Below, piece after piece: positions 56,495-64,000 of a stretch of DNA of 64,000 nt (position 1 is its first letter; each line of letters starts with the position of its first letter). Source of the stretch: Eledone cirrhosa. Taxonomy: Eukaryota. Under the pieces are notes generated by a model. That model saw only the letters and a list, made by a program, of their open reading frames with translations. It searched no databases and was not told the origin of the DNA. The position numbers and the translations under genes are program-made. The stretch is taken from positions 38,316,001 through 38,380,000 of the forward strand of contig OZ024745.1 in assembly GCA_964016885.1 (NCBI GenBank), given 5' to 3'.

Positions 56495-57925
56495 TAAAAT
56501 GCGGCACACTAGCTCCAAAGAGGCGTATTTTGCCACCCTATGTCTCCATTGCCATACAGCGAAATCCTAGTTCCATATTTTCATTCTGTGCCACACAAAC
56601 TTCCCCGTGTCATAGTGTGCCAACTTCACCCCGAAGTGCCGTATTTTCCCACTCTATTCCCACATTACCATACTGCGACATCCTAGTTTCATATTTCGAT
56701 ACTGTATCATTTAAACTTCTCCGGTTCATATAGTCGGGCCCTAGCCCCGCAGTGCCGTACTGCCGCACCCTAGCGTCGATGTGCCATATTTCCCACCCTA
56801 TCTCCCCGTTATCATACTGCGGCATCCTAGTTCCATATTTCCATTCTGTGTCACACAAACTTCCCCGTGTCATAGTGTGCCAACTTCACTCCGCTGCCAT
56901 ACTGCGGGACATTAGCTTGAAAGTGCCATATTACACCACGCTATTTCGCAATTGCCATAGGGCGTCACTTTAGCTCCATATTTCCATACAGTGTCAATAA
57001 AGCTCCCCAGTTCCAAATTGTGTTACTCTAATCCCGCAGTGCCATAATGTGGCACCTTAGCTCCAAAATGTCGTATTTTGCCACCCGATCTCAAAACTGT
57101 CTTTGAGCGACATCCTATCTCCATATTTCCATACTGTGTCCCCCAAACTTCCCAAATTCATAATGTTTCACGCTAACCCCGCAGTGTCATAGTGCGGCAC
57201 CCTAGCTCCGAAGTGCCGTATTTTCCCACCCTATTTCCACATCACCATACTGCGTCATTATAGTTCCATATTTCGATACTGTGTCATTTAAACTTCCCCG
57301 TGCGATAGTGTGTCCCTAAATCCACAGTGCCGCACTGCCGCACCCTAGCGTCAAAGTGCCATATTTCCCACCCTAGCTGCCCGTTACCATACTGCGACAT
57401 CCTAATTCCACATTTCGATACTGTATCACATAAACCATCGCGTGCCATAGTGTACCACACTAGCTCCGCAGTGCCGTACTGCGGCACCCTAGCTTCGAAG
57501 TGCCATATTTACCCACACTATCTTCCTATTCTCTAGAGGGTTACCCAAGCACCACGATTCCTTAGTGTGCCATTGAAGCTTCCCAATTTCATAGTGTTCC
57601 ACACTAGCACCGCAGTGCCACAGTGCGGCACCCTAGCTACGATGTGCCGTATATTGCTACCCTATGTCCTCATTGACGTACTGCGAAATCCCATCAACCC
57701 AGGTCCATAGTGTGCTACCCTAGCCTCTCAGTGCCATAGTACGGCACCTTAGCTTCAAAGTGCATTATTTTGCCCCCATATGTCACCATTGCCATACTGC
57801 TCCACCCTACCTTCATATTTCCATATTGCGTCACTCAAGCTTCTCAGTGCCATAGAGTGACACCGTAGCCCCACTCTGCCATACTGTCTCACCAAGCACC
57901 GCGGTCCCATTGTGATGCACCCTGT
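56495..57925. repeat. Higher-order minisatellite: ~144-bp unit built from ~29-bp subunits
   Basis: The ccgcagtg-like anchor occurs at 56747, 56891, 57034, 57179, 57322, 57466 and 57610; subunit approximately gtgccatactgcggcaccctagctcc. Confidence 0.88.
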
Positions 57926-58209
57926 CCCTTAACAGAATCTTAAGACGGTGATGATCATGATGGTGATGGTGAGGACGAAGATGATGGTGATGATGATGAT
58001 GAGCATAGTTTTTTTTACACCTCCCTTTCCTCCTTATTACACACTTATACATACACACACATGCACATATACATATACAAGATGAAACGCTGATCTTCTT
58101 TCGCCGAAGAATGTTCACCATCCCGTTTCCTTCGTTTCAACTCACGAGCAGACTGATACACTGACGGGCACGAATCAGCTGTTATTCATACTAGCAGAAT
58201 TATAAGCAA

Positions 58210-58250
<41 letters not shown>

Positions 58251-58566
58251 GATATGATACATCAAATAAAATTGTAATTGACAATATATAATACATAGAA
58301 ATTGAGCGAAGACTACGCTATACTGTCTTATGTAATCAGTAACGTAATCCATGATACATTAAAAAAAGGCGATATTATATATAAACTGCATTAAGAGAAA
58401 ATTAGTAACATAAAATTAGTATGTTAATTTAAGGGATCGCCAACCGGAAGTGTTGACATTTCAGAAATTTTAAAGAAGTGAATCTTTAGATAAACAAAAT
58501 ATATTTAATTATTAGCCACAACATTTAGTAGATAAATGATGTAATATTCATTCATTATTTATTCAA

Positions 58567-58758
58567 AGGGCGGTGGATTGGCAGTATCGGTAGAGGGTCG
58601 GACGCCATGCTTTCCAGCATAGTTACGTCCCTTTACGATCTGAGTTCAAATCCCGCTGAGGTTGACTTTGCCTTTCATCCTTACGGGGTCGATAAAATAA
58701 AGTACCAGTAATGCACTGGGTAATTGCTGGCCTTGTGCCTAAAGTAGAAACAATTATT
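58567..58758 (+). mobile_element. tRNA-derived SINE, full length, with target-site duplication
   Basis: attatttattcaaag occurs at 58554-58568 and 58753-58767. Confidence 0.92.
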
Positions 58759-59149
58759 TATTCAAAGTAATCCAACATATTTTACTAATGGGATAAAAGA
58801 ATTATAAACCGTACTCAGTCCCGCACTCCTCCCTTCATTATAGTTTAGATAGATTTATTTAATTCGTACGGTCTGACTGTGTTTTTTTTTTTCGTTTTTG
58901 TTTTTACTAAGACACTGTGATTAAATTATTTTCCTTTATCGTCATCTTTGAATTACATCCTTATGAAATGTTGTCTTCTGACGATGATTTCATTACTGCA
59001 CTAGGGCTTGATGAACACAACCACAAGTATATGATCCGAACGTGGAAGAGCCGAAATCCCACTGTCATCGCCTCCTTCTCTCTCGCCCCCCCCCCCATCT
59101 CTCCGTATGGTGAGCAAATGATGTCCCGCGTGCTGGCCTCCCCAAAGCC

Positions 59150-59360
59150 TCGGCGGACAGAATGGAGAAGTCGTTTCCCCGGATAATGGTAAGGGAGATG
59201 CGCTGGAAGAGCCGTTCCATCTTGCGAGGCTCACACCTGCGGCTGGCCAGCTCAGCGCCTATGTTGGTGAGTAGGGGGTTAGCCCTAGGGCCAAGGACAC
59301 CAGAAGTCTCCACTGCTAAGGGCACGGCCGCGAACCTGCGCTCATTTTGGTAGTTATTTT
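59150..59360 (-). mobile_element. CRE-like non-LTR retrotransposon 3' fragment (restriction-like endonuclease C-terminus)
   Basis: PLAVETSGVLGP..LFQRISLTIIRGN..SILS. Confidence 0.75.
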
Positions 59361-61029
59361 CTTTGTATTTTTCTTTAGTCAGTGAAAGTGCAATTGCCAG
59401 AGCTTCGTATTAAATTACTCGATATTTGATCCACTCCTCTGTGCTTTGAATGCAAACCTGTCGAGATCAACTTTACCGTGAACGATAGACTGGTACAATT
59501 GATAAAGACTCCAATGAGAGGATTTTGGGTATCGGTAGCGTATCTCTGTGTTCCGTGTTCAAATCGCTCTTCCCTTCCTCCAGAAAACCGTTGACTCTTA
59601 TTCCATGAGTTACATTTTGATACTATCATAAATATAGAAACCATTGGAAACAGAGATTCAATATCCGATCTGACGATTATCTCCTTTCTTTTCATTGAGA
59701 TGCTGCTGCTGTTTCCTGATATTTTGTCTTTTATTTCATCTTTCTACTTACATTGTATTTTTCCCCTATAGTATTCATCGTTGGTACAGTCGGATGAATT
59801 TTCTTCCATATTTACTTTCGCTCATTTAGTACTCAGAGCAAATAGCACTGAAGACAATTTGAATTTTTTTCTTTTCGTGGTCCATATACTGGTGAAGTAC
59901 GTGTTCAGTTAACCATATTCTTATTTATTCTCAAATTGCCGACCATGTTCCTCAATTTGAATCTACTGCTATTTATGGTGGCAATTTTGCAGATTATTTA
60001 GGGCGCTGGTCAAAATACTTTGCCATGATTTTTACCAGATCTTCCTGGTCTGATTTTACATCACACCGAGGTCAACTCTAGTTTTTTAATATTTCGGAGT
60101 AGATGCAATATAGTTCCAGTCAAGAATTGGGTTCGATATGCTTGACTTTCCATTTCCCCCGAATTTTATATTGGGTTCATTGTCACCACGTCTGCTATTG
60201 TTGTACGTATGGTTGTTTTGAATATAAACCGGGCCGCGTATTGTCATATTTGTAATCATAAAATATGAGAATTTATTAGCCAAAATAAAAATCGCAATGC
60301 CTTTACAAAATCACCATTCCATTTCTATGCAATTATCCGTCGACATTTCTTATTAGAATAAAATGTTACTGCCAGAATTTAAAACACTTAATGAATCTCT
60401 CCATTTTGAATATATAGTTGTGAATAATTACAACTTGTGAATTTAATTTATTTGTTATTCTTGAATAAATTGTTGCAAAAAAGAGAAAAGCATTCAGTTT
60501 TATATTTCTACCTTTAACAAATGCGAAATAACTACATTTAAAAACGTTTATTCTGCTTGAATTGTCTATAAATTTATTTAAGCAACGCCTTCTTTTAAAA
60601 ATGCAAACAGGACGGCGACAAGATACCCAGTTACAGATATAAACACCATACAAAGCAGGAATAAAGTATGAATAAAAGCCTTAAATCAATGAATTACAAA
60701 AATAAACAAATGAACTGTTTAACAGTTATTTGCAACATGCCAACAGTAATTTTAACAAATGCACAAAGAAAATATTTCACAAATAACTTACGAATTTTAT
60801 AGCAACATCTAAAATAATTCATATAGAGCCTCCTTCAATCAAAAATCGTCAAGGTCTCAAATTCTCAATTGTAATCATTATGATGAACGAAAAGAATACA
60901 AGGAATATTGCACAAAAAAGAACGAGCAAGATGCCATAAATCTAGATTTAAAGACAAAAGTACGAGAAAGAAAAGAACCGCGTATCTGTGTTCATCCAAA
61001 TAAGCCTACAAGGTAAACATAAAAAACGG

Positions 61030-61100
61030 TCATCGCGGGCCACTCTGACTGGTCTGGAAGGCCGAATTGTGGCCCGTGGGCCGCCTGTTGCACGCCATTG
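61030..61100 (-). mobile_element. hAT (Charlie-like) terminus; ~59400-61030 may be its decayed body
   Basis: Reverse complement reads CAATGGCGTGCAACAGGCGGCCCACGGGCCAC..GGCC. No convincing transposase could be read. Confidence 0.5.
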
Positions 61101-61803
61101 CAAGCCATTCTTCGCTCACACTTGCAGCCTATTAAATAGTAATGATTTTATTCACTATGCTTATCCCCAGGTCAATCTCCATGAACCAGATATATGAGCA
61201 GTTATTTCAGTTAAACTGAATAATACTGTTTTGTCTTTGGTTAGTGTTCCCATTGTTTAAGCATGTTTTTTTTTTAATGAGGGTCTGATATAAGGAAGAT
61301 ACATCTACAATATTTAACAAGATTAATGACTATGTAGACGCCCGTTCATGGTTTGGTAATGGGATAAGTATTAAGGGCAATGAGGGAAAACAATCTTAAA
61401 ATATAATGTCCTCTAGTGTTCTCGGTTATAGGATAGGATACGATATGTCTATATTTGACATTAATATAATCGGAGGCATTCTTAGAAAAATGAAGAAATG
61501 TATTTATGTTTGTATTAGAAAAGCCAACAAAAGAGAGTTTGTATTCGAAGTACAAGAAATATTTTAAATGTCAAATACAAATGTAAAAGAACGAAAATTC
61601 ACATGAAACTATGTCCAGACATCGGAGAAATTCAGGGTGGTCATATCTGTTTTGTACCCATCCAGAATTCCATTGAAAACTCGCTACATTGGAACTTTCT
61701 AACAACAGATAACAACATGTAGGAAATATACGTTCAGACAAGCTCGCATACACACGCACACACATATACAGCGCAAGATCTTGTGCGCGCACACAAACAC
61801 TCA

Positions 61804-61896
<93 letters not shown>

Positions 61897-62052
61897 GACG
61901 GCTATTTCCTATTTCATCCCAGAAATAGCCATCGAAATGGCTTGAGCTCTGCCGTCGAGGTCATCCTTTCTCCCGTTTCCCACTCTACAACCTTCAGTAT
62001 TGAGTACTCTGGTGCGTTATGATCCATCTGCTTCCTTACCACAATTCCTTTG

Positions 62053-62088
<36 letters not shown>

Positions 62089-62400
62089 AACTATTGTCAT
62101 CTTGCCTGACGGTTTGAACTTTACAACACCACCTGCCTCTTTGAGGTCAAATACCAACCCTACTAGCATCTACAAACTGACCAATGAGAATTAAAACTAT
62201 TCCTGCTGACAACATTAAAATATTCCTAACAAGCTCATATGTCCCAAGGCTCTGATACCATCAAGACCATAAACACAGAGCCGGGATATCTAAGAACTGA
62301 CTAACTGCTTGATGAGGTCATAGCCATTCAATGGCTATCATCGAAATATATATAGCAGTAAATAAAGGATTATGAGTTCATGAAATTGACTTATGCATCG

Positions 62401-62430
<30 letters not shown>

Positions 62431-62431
<1 letters not shown>

Positions 62432-62612
62432 TTAATGAAAAATGAACAACAAAATATATAACTACTCCATTACCAAAAGGTTTCAGGACACTAGACAATA
62501 TTAATATACGTCTAGGTCGTTCATCATCTATCTGATGAACGACCTAGACGTGTGTTAATATTGAAACCTTTGGTAATGGAGTAGTTATATATTGTGTTCA
62601 CTTTCTAATTAA
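62431..62612. mobile_element. Fold-back element whose inversion point lies at a hammerhead core
   Basis: Arms ~62431-62526 and ~62533-62612. Plus strand reads TCTAT-CTGATGA..GAAA-CCTTTGG-TA^-ATGGA. Confidence 0.8.
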
Positions 62613-62715
62613 ATAGCTCTGTTTAATATATACAACATTTATTTTCCTTTGCTTTTTCTCCGGAAATACTTAACACACACACACCCACACACCCACACAC
62701 ACATCCACATACACG

Positions 62716-62766
<51 letters not shown>

Positions 62767-62767
<1 letters not shown>

Positions 62768-64000
62768 CCCGCTACCCACAACAAAGAATGCAACTGTCAT
62801 CTACCTGAAAGATGTCCATTGAAGAATGAATGCCTAAAGTCCAACATTGTTTACCAATGCACAGTTGAATCGAACGACCAGAAATGGTATTATATCGGAT
62901 CTACAACCACATCGTTTAAATCTCGCTGGTACCGTCATCCATTCTCAATCAAACATCCGAATCACCGTTTTGTGACCACGATCGCCAACAAGACCTGGCA
63001 ACTCCGTGAACACAACCAACAGTTCACCTTAAAATGGGATATACTTTCCAGCGCAAGTGCATATCGGAGTGGATTGAAGTACTGCAGGTTATGTAACCTT
63101 GAGCTCTTTTACATATTAAAATCCAAAAACAAACTACTTAACGATAGAATTGAACGATCATTATACTGCAACCACAAACTAAAAGCTAAATTCTCTCACT
63201 GTAGAATAACTTAACATTCGAACCCGTAACTATAACACCGCTTTCTAGCTAACAACCTTCTCTTCCCCCCACACTACAAGACAATACACTGCTTATCACT
63301 ATACATGGTAACTCAGTGCAATTCCTAGATTACTACTACAAACCCAAAGTTCACTCACCACACAAACTTCGTCTGTCCCCTCTCTACCTATCTCTCTCTA
63401 CATCCATTACACTCTCTCTCTCTCGCCTTTGGCCTACCTCCCTCTCAACATCTATGAACCTGCCCTCTGTGGCAATAAATAATTCCGACCTTAACTATCA
63501 ACGCATCTCTCCAAAAGTAACCAGTATAATAAAACCCCTACCATAACATTTTGATTAAGATATCTACAAGCCACTCTCTCCTACTTCTCCAACCCCTGCA
63601 TATCTTTCTTTCTCTCTCCCTCTTCCCTACTTTTCTCTCTTCCTTTTCTACTCTATCTTCCCCAACAACCCCACTTAAGGGTATTTACATTGTACATTTT
63701 ACCATTCTGCTCTGAGGAAACAGTGGTCACAGCATTGGATATTTGAGTTCTGCAAGTACTTGTGAATTTGCACGTAGCATAACTAGGCTGTAGTACCACC
63801 GTGGAAACACTTGTAAGCACACGGAATAAATTACCTTTTTATGATGTCTACCTGTTATTATTCATTCTTTATATACACTCCGGAATACTGAAGGATCAGG
63901 AACTAAGTTTCTTCAACAATTCTTCCATAACTCGTAGAGTAACCTCTTACCGTACGTCAACCATATCCAGTGTAGTAATTAACCATTACTACATCTTGGA
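62767..64000 (+). mobile_element. Hydra-clade-like PLE 3' fragment: GIY-YIG endonuclease (open to the stop at 63214) plus pLTR
   Basis: Directly after (TA)n: KECNCHLPERCPLKNECLKSNIVYQC..YYIGSTTTSFKSRWYRH..CRLCNLE..CNHK. Confidence 0.88.
63708..63819 (+). ncRNA. Type I hammerhead ribozyme with extended stem II
   Basis: TGCT-CTGAGGA-(acagtggt..acagc/gctgt..accaccgt)-GAAA-CACTTG-TA^-AGCA. Confidence 0.68.

Noticed and set aside
56495-57925. CRISPR array or repeat-protein (zinc finger) exon
   Set aside because: There are no unique spacers, the context is eukaryotic, unit lengths break frame, stops occur and there is no C2H2 spacing.
57831-58121. Poly-His ORF
   Set aside because: It derives from a (GAT/GGT)n trinucleotide tract.
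59375-60653. Minus-strand ORFs as a hAT transposase
   Set aside because: Only faint similarity by eye; a translated profile search is needed.

Overview
AT-rich eukaryotic (animal) DNA with no recognisable host gene. It is almost entirely microsatellites plus transposon debris, and the dominant tRNA-derived SINE suggests an octopod cephalopod (inference). Identified elements: four decayed Penelope-like retroelements (one Neptune-type and three with Hydra-clade-type GLYRDD/CxCx5C signatures, two of them bracketed by long inverted pseudo-LTRs), two Tx1/L1 LINE relics, RTE and CRE-like fragments, about 8 copies of one SINE, mariner, hAT and Helitron-like relics, and a ~144-bp higher-order minisatellite. 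The most striking unexplained pattern is more than 10 short non-coding fold-back (inverted-dimer) elements from about 8 families, nearly all embedded in (TA)n. Many carry type I hammerhead-ribozyme folds, often on both strands, and several have non-canonical cores (UUGAUAA, CAGAAGA, UUGAAAC, AUGAGGA). All folds and alignments were done by eye; boundaries are approximate to about 10-20 bp unless stated.
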